Below are positions 20,925-33,624 of a DNA stretch of 64,000 bases, one piece after another (the stretch's first letter is position 1; each line of letters begins with the position of its first letter). The stretch comes from Naegleria gruberi (Eukaryota): NCBI GenBank assembly GCA_000004985.1, contig GG738892.1. One strand, given 5' to 3'. The notes under the pieces are model-generated. The model was not told the origin of the DNA. It did not search any database and saw only the letters and a program-made list of their open reading frames with translations. The translations under genes were made by a program, and so were the position numbers.

Positions 20925-23900
20925 TTAAAGCTCCATAAGTACGTTTTGTCTTCTCCACAATTCTCTAAACATATCCTCACTAATAAGAACTTGACCACCA
21001 TGAGCAGCTGCTTCAATTCTTGCAGAAGTATTAATGGTTGTTCCATAATAATCTGGTCTTCTCATAGTCTTGTCAAATATTTGTTCTGCTTGCCCAAAAT
21101 GAAGACCAATCCTAACTCGCAATCCATTCCAAATTAATTCCTTTGTCTTTTCATTCCATTGAGTTCTACAATCCCATTGTTGAAGTAATTCAGGAGGCCA
21201 ATTACATGCCATCAAATCATGTTGACAGGCAATACTCCAATCCAAAGCATCGACAGCACTCTTGAATACCACATAAAAACTATCACCATTTGTCTTGACC
21301 TCAAATCCTCTGAAGGCTTCCAAATTCTTTCTGAGAACTTCATTGTGTAATTTCAAAGCTTCTCTCATGGCCTTGGCATCAGCTTCCCAAAGAACAGTGC
21401 TATTTTGAACATCTGTGAATGCACAAGCAATATTACCAGTCTTTGGAGCATATGTTGTGTTTCCTTGTCTTGTCTTGAGATATCTCCAATATATGATACC
21501 AATACATCCTAGAATTGAGAAGAATATTACAAGAGATAGAACAATCATTGCAATTTGAAGCTTAGTGACTGCTGGTGGAACAATGGCAACTCCACATGTA
21601 CTAAATGAAAAATCAAAGGAAATATCAGTGAATGAAGTTGTACCATTCTCAACATTGAGAGAAGAGAGCAAAACAGATCGAGGTCCTTGATTGCAATCAC
21701 AAGAGCTACTTGCTGATGAATAACTAGTTGCACAATCACCTGTTGCAACAGTGATATTGGCTACATTATTAGTTGAGGAACATTCCAAACCAAATGGGCC
21801 CATAGTTGTTAGTCCAGCAATATCGTAAACATAATTTGAAAAGATTGTACTGAAGAAATCAGGTAAGGTAACAGTGGAGGTAAATTTTTCTTGATAAATT
21901 CTGGTAAAAACAGTTTCCAAAAAGAAACCAAACAGGTAACCTTCCAATGTTTCATGAGTTGCTGGTTCAGAATATTGGTAATTGGCTAAAAATTGATTGA
22001 TAAATGTCTTTTTCTTTTCAGATTGAATGGTTTCAACACTGCTACAGACAGATTCCTGTTTGACAACTGGAGCAATATTGATTCTAGGCACAATGAGGAA
22101 ATTTGTGGACATGTCAGGATGTTTGGTATATAAATTATTCAATCCCTTTTCAAACAGTAAACTATAGGTCTCTGAAGGAATAGCAATCTTGATGGTCGGA
22201 TTAAAACTGAGAATAGCCTCAATCCAAGATATTGATTCTGTTTCATGAGCAAGAATAATGACTGCCTCAATATTTTGATTGGAAAGTTGGATTGCAGTTG
22301 AGGTTGGATTACTCACAACATCAAAAACTTCCAATCCAACATCATAATTCTCAATATATTCCTTAATGGATGGTATTGTTTTTGTTGTATAATATCCAAT
22401 TGGTGAATAGAGAATTGAAGCTTGTCCGTAGGTTTGCTTAAAATATTTCATTTGGGCAATTACTTCATCAAATACTGATGGTCTCCAATTAATAAAGTAT
22501 TTAGAGTATGGTTTTCTATATTCTAGCGAACCAGCCAAGACAAACATTGGAATTTGATACTTTTTCAAAATATCCGTCACATTTCCATATTGATCAACAC
22601 TCAATCTCAAATTACTTCCAAAAAAGCCAAATACACCCTGTTTTGTGGAAAGGGATTGTAACTTGTATTCGAGACCATATTTCTCAACTTCTCCAGAAAA
22701 ATATTCTGTGTGAATTTCAATTTTTTGAGATGCTTTGGAATTGTAAACAGTGAGATAGGTTTGAAGACCTCTTGAATAGGCATCATATGAATGAGGTGCC
22801 TCAGATATCAAATCCAATTTTCCTGCCTTTGTGGAACTGTCATCATCATAGGGAATAAGACGACCGAATATAATTGGTTTTGAAATTACACTAGAAATGG
22901 AATCTGCCAATCCACTTCTTCTATAGGTTCCCTTATAATCTTGGAATGCACAAGAAGCTGTATCATATTGTTTGGTAAATGTCTCAGTAAAAACAGATCC
23001 GGAATAGGAGTATAAAAACCCAGTTCTCAATCCCAAATTACATGGATTGGTGGCAGATTTAGAAAACGCTCCAAAAGTTATACCAGTTTCAGATTCCTTA
23101 ATTACAGATTGAGTATAGACATAATCCATAAACGATTTTTTGGTAATTTGATTTCCCACTGTATCCACTATTGTGGTAATAAATTTTCCAATATAATAAC
23201 CTTCCAAAGTTCTTTTGTGTGCCCAAACTGATGAATCCGAAGGATAGTAATCCTTGATTACCTTGTTAAACTCTGTAACAAATGAATTTGAGCTTGATGA
23301 AAATGATGGGATGTGAGAAACATAGAAAACTTGGAATGGAGAGGATGGATTCACGTTAGCTGCTAAGAATGATTTCATCTTGGTTTCTACATGATCAGAA
23401 AAATAAGAATTAATCAGATAAATACTCAATCCCTTTCTGAAAACTGGATTGGTTGTGTAGGTGAGCTGAATCTTTGAAAGTATAGATACAATGCTATCAT
23501 AACTATCAAAGAGAGTAATGAGTAAAACTTGTGGATTGGCATTACTAGTCAATTCATCAATGATTGTATCCAATGATTTAAGGCCTGAATCTGAATTGAT
23601 GATAGAAGATTGACTGTCAATATTCAAATTAATAATATTCATCATGGTGGAAAATGTTTGGAAAGCTTCACTTGAATACGGGCAATCAGGTTTGTAAATA
23701 ACACTCATTCTAGATTGAGCTTGTTTCATACTATAAGTAATTAAAGTTCCCAATTGTTCTGTCAATGTCAAGTGTAAATTCATAACAGGAGAATAGAACG
23801 AGCTCCTAAGAGTTCTCAAATTTGTAGCAGCAATCACACTAGCAATATCTGAATACTCACTGTTTTGTTTGATATCAAGAGTTTGTGCATTATTAATTCC

Positions 23901-26202
23901 ATCCAAATTGAGTACACCCTCTGTGAAACCAACCAATGCAACAGATTCATGCAAATTCTTTAATTCTCTTGTGTTGAAGAGAAGTGAACTAGAATCGTTG
24001 TGATAAAGAGTTTTCAATTCGATTTGCAATTTGTCAGAGGAAACTTTGGAATTTCTTCTCTTGAAAGCAGCTTGAATTCCCTTTCTTAACATTTCATCTT
24101 GAAGATTTTCTTTTTCAATGGATTGACCAAATATTATTGGTTTCTTGAGAATGGATGTATCTGAAATGCAAGATCCATATTCGTACCATGAAAGTTGTTT
24201 AAAAACTGAGAATGAAACATTGGAAACGTATGGTGTTTTTCCAATATTAACAGAACTCAAATAAACAATCTTGAGTCCTTGATTGCAATTTGAAGCACAA
24301 CTAACAGATGTTGCATTGGCAGAGAATGGTAAATATTGATCATAGACATTGGCACTTTCACACCATTTGAAATTGACCTTGGTTCCATCAAAAACAAATG
24401 AACCACCATTATTAGTCTCAGAATTACCTGCAGTATAATCAATGTAAGATGTTGCAATAAAATTTGATCTTGTTAAATCACCTATAATAGTTTTGAGCAT
24501 TGAATAGGCAAGCTTTCCAGTCAAATAACCCTCGAGTTCAATAAATGTTGGTTGAAAGGTAGAAACGTCCTTTCCAGTTGCTTTCAGATAAGCCTTTCTA
24601 GCTCTGTGATAAGACCTCACAACTGGTACTGTCAAATCCATTGGACTCGGCACGACTTGTGAAATGATAACATTATCCGTATAATATGTCGATGCAAATT
24701 TTAAAGAAGGCAAAGGGGATTGATTCAAATCATCAGTCAGGGCAGCACTTCCAACAAAACTAACTGTCAAGAATATCATTTCACTTGCCTTTTCATATCC
24801 GTAATTTGTTCCGTTAGCAGAGAAGGCCACATTCTTTACCATTTTGATATATTTTGAAAGTGGAGCATACGTTCCAACAAGTACAATTGCCTCAGGATTA
24901 CACTTTCCAATCGTATAGAAGGCATCTTCAACTGCCAATGTATTTCTAGTGTACAGACCTGTAGAGCAGAGTGAAATGTTCATTCGTGAGACGAGGGATC
25001 TGTTAATTCCGTTAAAACCAGCAATACCAAAGGCATCATTCTGATACATGATACTAATTCTTCTGATGAGTTTGGTATTTACAAGCCAATCAACCATGGC
25101 AGCAGTTTCATCATCATACGAAGCTCTCAAATTAATAACATTTGGATAGAAAGGTGTTCTAAGCCAACCAACTCCAGTGAATGAACCAAGAAGTGGAATG
25201 GAAGTTTTAGTAACATCTGGAAAGACTGCACTAACAGTTGGTGTTCCTATTATATCAATATTCAATTCATTAATAACATGTATATGGAGGAATAAATAGG
25301 TGATGATGGTAGTTTAGATTAAATAAGAACAGAGGAACTGTTACTACTTACCAACATATCCAATTAATCCAAATATTTTACTAACATCTACACTTGTAAT
25401 AAATTGAGGAGATGATGAGTTAAGGTAAGGCTGATAAATAAGCGAGCTGGTAGGGGGTGTTGTATTATAGAGAAAGAAGTCGGTATTAATCTTTGTATTG
25501 GTAGGCTCATAGGCATCATCTAATTGTACAATTTTATCACATGTTTACATTATTTTCATCGTTCATGTATTCAATGTATTCAATACCCAAAACATAATAA
25601 TATAAATTAAATACCGACCGAACAACAATATTACATACCCAAAGTTAAGAGTTTCAGCTTTTTGTTATTCCAAACTCCTCCCATAGAATTAACTTCTTCA
25701 AAAGCCGCTAAAATTCCATCTCTCATTTCAGTTCCCAATCTAAAGTAACAATATCATGAAGAAAGAAAGTATATTAAGGGAATTTCAAAAATAATTACAT
25801 GTTCTTTCCAATGCATAGAACTTACTTTTTAGAAAGGCCAGTGAGTGGAGCTGACTGTGCAAACCATATTTCCTGTTCGTTATTCCACAGCACAGTGTCT
25901 TCCCAAGGTCGTTTCGGCGATATTGCTGTTGTTGACGACGAGCCGTTCAGTTCGACCATTATTAAAAGTGTTACTAGGAGGAGGATTGATATTGTTGTGA
26001 TGAAGGAAGAGTAGAATGCTCTGAAATGTTGCTGTTGTGGTCTTCCTCTTGCTGCCTGATGATGAGAATGAGGTAGGCTGTTAGAGAGGCACTTGGCCTT
26101 ATTTAACCTCAATATGTCCACTCGTTGTAGCATGTTGAGAGGTGGTTGCAGTGTATGTTTTTTGTTGGGTTTCTTTTTGCGTGTATCGAAAAGGATATTC
26201 AC
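20925..26202 (-). CDS. Receptor-type class III nucleotidyl (adenylyl/guanylyl) cyclase. It has a very large periplasmic-binding-protein type I (ANF-receptor-like) ectodomain, a single TM and a C-terminal cyclase domain. Proposed exons are about 25826..26100-26202, 25639..25739, 25352..25519 and 20925..25246.
   Basis: C-terminal catalytic motifs FTDVQNSTVLWE, FEVKTNGDSFYVVF and GTTINTSARIE. TM helix IAMIVLSLVIFFSILGCIGIIYW lies about 25 aa before the catalytic domain, with no kinase-homology domain. Upstream exons encode a signal anchor (FITTISILLLVTLLIMV) and the PBP N-terminal signature LGTEMRDGILAAFEEVNSMGGVWNNKKLKLLTL-DDAYEP. All junctions are GT..AG with consistent phase. The 5' start is uncertain. 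Confidence 0.75.
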
Positions 26203-28048
26203 ACCATTTGATGTTCACAGCATACCTCACGACCTCCGCTCTATTGAGGATAATTTCTCTTTAGAGATTCTAAATATTGGCCAAAAAGCCAAAACCAGCA
26301 ATCTACAAAATTGGTGTTTTCTCTCCAACAAAGCACGAACATATTGTGGAAATTGAAAAGTAAAAGAGATTCTCTTAAGTGAATGAATTCTTAGCCCTTT
26401 ACATATGTAAATTTTCGTGTCCAAAGTATATTAATACACTGCCAGATTCTCTAGAGATGCAATTTGAATTGATTGCCACTGCATTAAGGCTAACCTCTTT
26501 GGGAAGTTAGAATGTTGCGAGGATGATTCATTGTTATGCACTGAAAAGAAACTTATTTGTGTGAAATGACCTAAAACTTCAAAGGCTTGGGTGGGTGTCC
26601 TTAGTGAATTTGTGATTTACGCGAAATGGTTGCAATTCTTGAAAACTTGTTTGACTCTTATTGTAGTCCAAATGGGGAAGGATCCATTTGAGAGATGATT
26701 TGAATTATTCCTCCTCCTCATCATTAACCTTATTTCTTGTCAGGAATAAAAAAACGCCATCTAATAAAACACAATTTTGGTTCATTGTACACAACCTAAA
26801 AGGCCAATCCACGAGCACGAACAGTGTGCCTCTTCTCGTTGCTTAAGCCTCAATATAGTGGTGTATTCCTACAAGTTTCTCCTGCCATATTAACCAATAA
26901 CCATTTCCTTCAACGCTGTATTCATTCAAGGCTCCAAATAGAGTAGGGAACTTGTGTCACAACTTCCAATGTACCCGCAAGTTGGAGATCACTTTTTTGG
27001 GGACAGGTCAATTACTGTAATCTAAACAGAGACCAATAAATTGGAACAAAAGGCGACAATTCAACTCTAACATAAATCCCTTAATCTAGATATAAATGAT
27101 GATCCACCAAATAACAGGAATTAAATTTCATACAACTCTTTGAAAATCCAATAGAATGTTCTTCTTTGAAACTGTTGACAAATCCAATCCGAATTGTTCA
27201 ACAACCAAATCTTAAGAAATGAAGACAATTTTGTTCCGATTTTTGGAAATAATCAAACTCAAATTTCTCTTGTTAATTTTGAACGGTTATGAATATTTCG
27301 GAATTCATTATTATCACTTGATTTTCCTCTTCATCAATATTATTTAAAAATCCAATATTTGATGATGAATTTTCAAAGTTTCATCTAAATTACATTCATG
27401 ATCAACTTCGGAATGTACAAATTCCTCACTGACTACTATAAATCCCATTAGTGTTACAAAAGTGTTTAACAGGCTTTCTTTCCACTGATAAACATTTGGA
27501 TTTCTATCGACGGTAACACCACTAAAAAATGAGTTCTCTGTACTTTTGTTTATTTTGTTTGGTTATTTTCTCTTCAAGTCTCTTGTAAGTGATTTGTTAT
27601 CTATTGTTGGATTGTATTCTTTTGTTGTTGACTAAGCGTATTAATTTCAGCTGATAAGGGGCAAACACCAACCACAAGGCAATAGTTTAAGGTTGTAATT
27701 GGTGTACTGAAAAGTTCCAACTTGACTCTTCAACTTAAAATTGTGTTTGACAGTTCAATAAAGGTGCCAAAAAGCAGTATTGTCATCTCATTCGTCCTTA
27801 TTCCCTAATTGCCAATCATCAATCAACATGCTTTTCACATATTGACAGCCATCAACAATTTGTTCTTTTTTAAAAATTTTAATTAAAAAAAATCTAGATT
27901 TCAACCCCTTGTGTTGTTCTTCCATCAAAACGACAAGAACAATTTCTAACGTTTTTATCTGTGGTAGTAATTACTCTTTCTACACATTAAACAACAAGCC
28001 TGTTGTTTCCACTACATTCTAATAACAAGAAGAAAGAAACTAAACAAA

Positions 28049-31000
28049 ATGTCCAATCAAACCAAGATGGATCTTTCCATCGCTGAGAGAAGAGCCTACG
28101 AATTTCTTCTCCGTTCTGAAGAAGCCAAACGTTGGATTGAAGAAATGATTCAGGAAAAATTCGGTCAAGGCTCATCCATTGCCTACTTTGGTGAAATGAT
28201 GAGAGATGGTGTGGCCCTTGCAAAGCTCGCCAAAATTTTCGCGCCAACCCACGTAAAAAAAATCAACAAGCCTAGTCAGAATGCGATCAAGTTGGAATTT
28301 TCCTTGGTTGATAATATTACTCAATTTTTGAATGCTTGTAAATCAACTGGTTTTAGAGAGATTTATCTTTTTGGTATGTTTTGTTTTTTTGAAGTGATTT
28401 TTATTCATATTTGTATTGTTTACTTGTTGTGTGTATTGATAATTTTTGTGATGATGACTACTTGTTATGATTCATATGAATGATGGTTGTGTGATATGAT
28501 GATGATTGATGATAATATAATACTACAATATAGAGGTTACCGATTTGTGGGAATTGAAGAATGTTTACAAAGTGGTGCATTGTCTCCATTCACTTTCTGT
28601 TTACTTATACACAAATGGTTTGTCAATCAAGATGGAAAGACTCAAGTCACTCAATATTTCTAGGGAAGATTTGGAACGTACAAAGAAAATGCTTGATGAT
28701 TTGGAAAATTCTGGTATCAAATTTGATGATTCCATGATTGAAGGTGATGAAGGTGAAAGTAGCGAAGATTGTGACACTGATGTTAGATCAGACAAAATTA
28801 GAGAATACGTCACTAGTTTGGCCGATCCAGATCATTGTAAAGTAGATGGAGATAAGTTAAATTCAGCCATTTGTGGTGTGGAATCAAAATTCACAATCAC
28901 AGCTTTTGATTCAGATGGTAATTTATTAAAGGGTTGCCAAGACAAATTTGAAGTTCAATTGCAATCAGGATCAACAACATTCAATGCAAACGTCAAAAAT
29001 AATAGAGATGGTACTTTTGAAGTGAGCTACACTCCTCAAGTTGCTGGTGACTATGTCATGACCATTTCTCTCTTTGATGATGAATTGGGTGATGTTGTAG
29101 GTAACATTACAAATAAGAATGCATCAGATGGTGCTTGGAAAGTCAAGATTACAGCAAACCCTGTTTCTGATCTATCAAAATGTGTACTCAAACAACAAAG
29201 AGATAATGCCAAGAGAGTATATAGAGCTGGTCAAGTTATTGATGATCTCATCTTGGAAAGTAGAGACTCATGCGGAAATATTGGTCTTGGAGGTGAAAAA
29301 TTCGCTGCCAAGCTCATTTCCACTGTTGACAAGTCTGTTGTTTTCAATTCTAATGTTTTGGACAATAAGAATGGTCTCTATCAATTCATCTTCCAAATTG
29401 AAAGATCTGGTTCTTATGAATTGGAAGTTACTCGTGGTGATGAATACCTCTCCTCAACTCGTATTCCAGTCTCAATTCATGATTCTGGTAAGACTGATCC
29501 AAACAATTGTCTCTTCATTGGATTGGAAAGCAATTTGCTTCACTTGCTTGAAGATAATGGCAGCGAGTCCAACAAGGTCTTATCTTTGAGAAAGAAGGAA
29601 AATATTGTTAAATTGGAAAGAAAGGCAGGCGATGTCATTAGATTCTTGGTTCAAGCTCGTGACCAATATGGTAACAATCGTGAAGTTGATGGAACTAATG
29701 AATCCACTCTTCCACAACTCGTCTCTGAACAATTGACTGTTATTGCTTGTTTGGAAAGCTCTGATTCACCAACTATTGAAAATATTGACTCTGTTTTGAT
29801 GACTCCAAGAACTGCCATGGTTGCCAAGAAACTTGGTGAATCAGGTACTCAATCCGATGGTGTTGCTGTTGATTCTACAATTGTCAAGATTCCACACATG
29901 AAGAACGACTCTGAATTGAGTGTATTGTTGGGTCTTGAACAATATGCCCAAAAGTTCAATGGTTCTCAAGAAATGGAAAAGAAACTCTTTGAAACCATGT
30001 CCAAGTTTGTTTCTGAAAATGGTCATCACGGTTTGTACCTTGTTGAAACTAAATTGGTCGAAAGTGGAGACTATTCTTTGCAATGTAACTTGTTACAAGG
30101 AGATTGTACTTCCACATCAACTGCCGAAACTGACTCTGAATCCAAATCAAAGCCAACTCTCTACGCTGTTGGTCCAGCTCACACTGTTCACATTACTGAT
30201 AATGGTCTCACTGATGCTAGTCAATGTGCAATTGTTCAAAGTTTCTCCAAGGGTGAAAGTGTTTCCAATACTGTTGTTGTTCCAAACAGCTCACTCAAGT
30301 TGGATCTCCAGAAGGATGATTATGAAAATCCAGACAATTTTTCCGATACTTTCAAAAAGTTCCATGCTGGTCGTGAAATGCACATTATTGTTCAAGCTCG
30401 TGACAAGTTTGGAAATGCTCGTAACATTGTAGAAAGTGATGAATTCTTATTGAAACTCACTCCAAAACAAAAATCAGAACAATCTACTGAAGTTATTCCA
30501 GTGTCTGCCTCCTCACAAAAATTCGTTCAAGGAAAGGGTCTCTTTGAAATTGTCTACACTGCCAAGATTGCTCAATCATACTATATGGAATTGGCATATG
30601 TTGACAAGTCTAAACTTGCTCCAGAAGTCACTGAACAAGAAAAGGCAGCTGCTGCTCAATTGATCAAATCATTCCCACAAGAAATTACTGTCACTGATGC
30701 TGCAATTACTGATCCACACAATCTTTTATTCTCTGGTACTGGTATTACTAATGCTGTTCAAGGAAAGGAAAGTTTCTTTGTTTTGAGAATGAGAGATGAA
30801 TTTGGTAACTTGAGACACCAAGGAGGAGATGATGTTAAGGCTACTCTCATTTCTGATGCTCGTAAGCTCGAATCTGCTGCCGAAGTTATTGACAATAAGG
30901 ATGGTTCATACACTGTCAAGTATGTTGCTAAGGCCTCCGGTAAGAATCGTTTCGAAATTGTTATCAATGGTCAACTTGTCAAGAATAATGACATTTTGGA

Positions 31001-33383
31001 TGCTGGTGTTTTCGTTTCACCACCAAATATTGAAGATGCAAGCAATGTTGAAACTATTCTTGATCACGATTTACTCTCTGCCCTCATGAATGCTTTCCGT
31101 GTTGAACAAAAGACTGATAACTTGGTTGAACAAATCCAAGCTCTCAGACAAGAATTGGTTAAACAACTTCGTGAAAACACCAAGATTAGTACTGATGTCA
31201 GAGATAAGGAAAGAAAGATTGCTCTCCTTGCTGAAAACAAGTATCGTGCTGAAGAAATCATGAATCAAGGAAAGAGTGGTATTATTGGTTACTTCCAACG
31301 TCGTAAGACTATGCAATTCGGTGGACCTCTTGGAATTACCTCTGCTGCTGATGCCATGATTAAGGAAAATATCAGTCTCTATGGTAACTTGTTCTACTTG
31401 CTTCAAACTAATCCAAAGTATCTTGCCAAGTGTATTTTCCTCGTTCCTGCATCAGATGTTGATCAATTCCTCAATACTGTCACTTTGACCTTGTACGGTT
31501 ATGCTTTCAATCCTCGTGAAGAATATTTGATTTTGAACTTGTTCAATGAAACTCTCCAACTCGAAGTTAAGAGTTCCACATTGGAAAGTTTCTTGTCTGG
31601 TAACCCAATTCTCATCAAATTGTTGATTACTTATTGTCACGAAAGAATTTCAGGAAAGACCTTCTTGCAAAAGGTTTTGTACGACAAGATTTTGGATCCT
31701 ATCCTCGAAGAAAAGGATCTCAACTTGGATCTTAACCCAATCAGTCTTCTCCGTGATATTGTCTCTCAAAAGGAAGTTGAAACTGGTATCAAGAGCAATA
31801 TTGACTTTAAGGAAATGACCTATGAAAAGGCTATGGAAGCTGATGAAAATGTTCGTAATGCCATCAATTCTAGAAAGAACAGCTTGATCAAGATTTGTGA
31901 ACAAATTCTCAATTGTATCTATGATAACATTCCTGAATTGCCATATGGTTTACGTTTCGTTTGTCGTCAATTGAGAACTTTGCTCATGCAAAAGTATCCA
32001 AATCACGATGATGAAAAGAAGATTAACCAAGTCATTTCATACGTTCTCTTCTTCCGTTATTTGAACGCTCCACTTTGTACTCCTGATGGTTACAATTTGA
32101 CAAAGAAGAAGATTTCTCCACTCATGAGAAACAATCTTGCCCTCATTTCAAAGGTCTTGTTGAGAATTTCTACCTTCAGAGAATTTGAAGCCGTGGATAC
32201 TCACATGTTAATGATGAACGAATGGATTCGTGACAATATTCCATTGTTTAGCCAAAAGTTCTTGACTCCAAGTTTGGAAATCGTTGAACCAGAAGAATAT
32301 CTCGGTGTCAATCAATATGCTGAACTTACTCAAAAGAAGAATCCAAGCATTACCATTACTATTAATGAAATTGCCCTTACTCACTCTCTCCTTGTCAAGT
32401 TCAGCGGAAGAATCATCCCAACTGGTGAAGCTGCCGATCCACTTTCTGACCTCCTCACTCGTTTCAAGGATAAGATTCCAGAACAAGTTGAAACTGCCAA
32501 GAATGAAGAAATTACATTGTCTCTTGTCCCATTCAGTGTCAATGGAAAGGCTGAAGCCACTGATGACTGGCTCACACTTTCACCAGAACAATTGTACGAA
32601 GTTACAAAGGAAAATGTTAGAACTATTCTTCGTTACATTACTCCACTTCAATTGGGAGAAACCGTTGAGGATACCTTGTCAAAGTCTGACTCTTATGCTG
32701 ACGAAGTATTGAAGAATACTGAAAATATTGACAATGAAGTTGCTGGTTTGACAATCAAGAGAAAGGTCGAAGAAATTCGTAAGGCCCTTCCAAAATTGGA
32801 TGAAGCTCAAATCATTACCAAGGAAAATCACTACCGTAAATTGTTGATCGATATCACTAAGGAAATTCAAAATCGTGAAGAACTCCAAAAGAAGCAACAA
32901 AAGGAAGTGGAAAGATTGAAGGAAAGTTTGAACAGTTTGAGATCATATCACTCATTCTTGAAGGACAAGGATGTCAGCTTGGATGAATACGTTCAACAAA
33001 CTCTCAGAAACTATTTCAAGAAGCAAGAAAAGAAGAAGCAAGAATCTTCATCCAAGAGCAACAAGGTAAAGAGCTACAAGTTCAGCTATAAGGATTTGTC
33101 TGAAAAGTACAAGATTATCCACGACATTCAAGAAGGTTCATTTGGTACTCTCCAAAAGAAGGTTATCAAGTTTACAATTTCAATGAACGAAGGAGAACCA
33201 GGTGTCTTCTCAGTTTGTCCAACACTTGCTGGTAATGTCATTACTACTCTCCAACTCAGATTGGAAGATTTGCTCGATAAGCGTGAAAAGGGTCAAGAAC
33301 ATCTCAAGATTGAAGGTGTTGTGCTCAATGTCAACATGACCATTCACTTGCTCAATAAGAAATTCTTATCAAAGAATTAATTT
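28049..33383 (+). CDS. Large cytoskeletal/RasGAP protein with an N-terminal calponin-homology domain, several filamin-type Ig repeats, and an IQGAP-type RasGAP (GRD) plus RasGAP_C region. Exons are 28049..28373 and 28534..33383, with a 160-nt intron at 28374..28533.
   Basis: CH domain AYEFLLRSEEAKRWIEE...DGVALAKLAKIFAP...LFEVTDLWELKNVYKVVHCLHSLS spans the GTATGT..ATAG intron. Repeats carry filamin hallmarks such as DGTFEVSYTPQVAGDYVMTISL and GSYTVKYVAKASGKNRFEIVING. The GRD region reads YLLQTNPKYLAKCIFLVPASDVDQFLNTVTLTLYGYAFNPREEYLILNL. The C-terminus is coiled-coil and K/E-rich. Confidence 0.75.
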
Positions 33384-33624
33384 ATAAAACCTATTATTAA
33401 TGTATCCATCTTTGACCATCTTCACTCTTAATTGTGATGGGCTTTTTACTTTCTGAACAACTATTCAAAGAGCTTCTTCCAACCCAATGAAGGTGCACAA
33501 TGTAGTAAGGCTGATAATCTGAGCGCTTAAATTTTTTTTGGGGCAGAGACCTATCGCTAGCAGTATCGAAAGGGCCAACAAGCGCCCTCAGCCTTAAAAA
33601 AAATTATACAAAAAAAAATTCACG

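Noticed and set aside
20668-20958. A 96-aa ORF as an independent gene downstream of the cyclase.
   Set aside because: It overlaps the cyclase stop in a +1 frame and uses a non-ATG start. It is better explained as a frameshifted or alternative 3' extension of the cyclase, and I recorded it under that finding rather than as a separate gene.
28601-32900. Many small ORFs on both strands inside the 1611-aa CH-filamin-RasGAP gene (for example 29119..29589, 29920..30432, 31071..31406).
   Set aside because: They are alternate-frame and antisense artefacts of a long AT-rich CDS. The sense frame carries continuous, recognisable domains.
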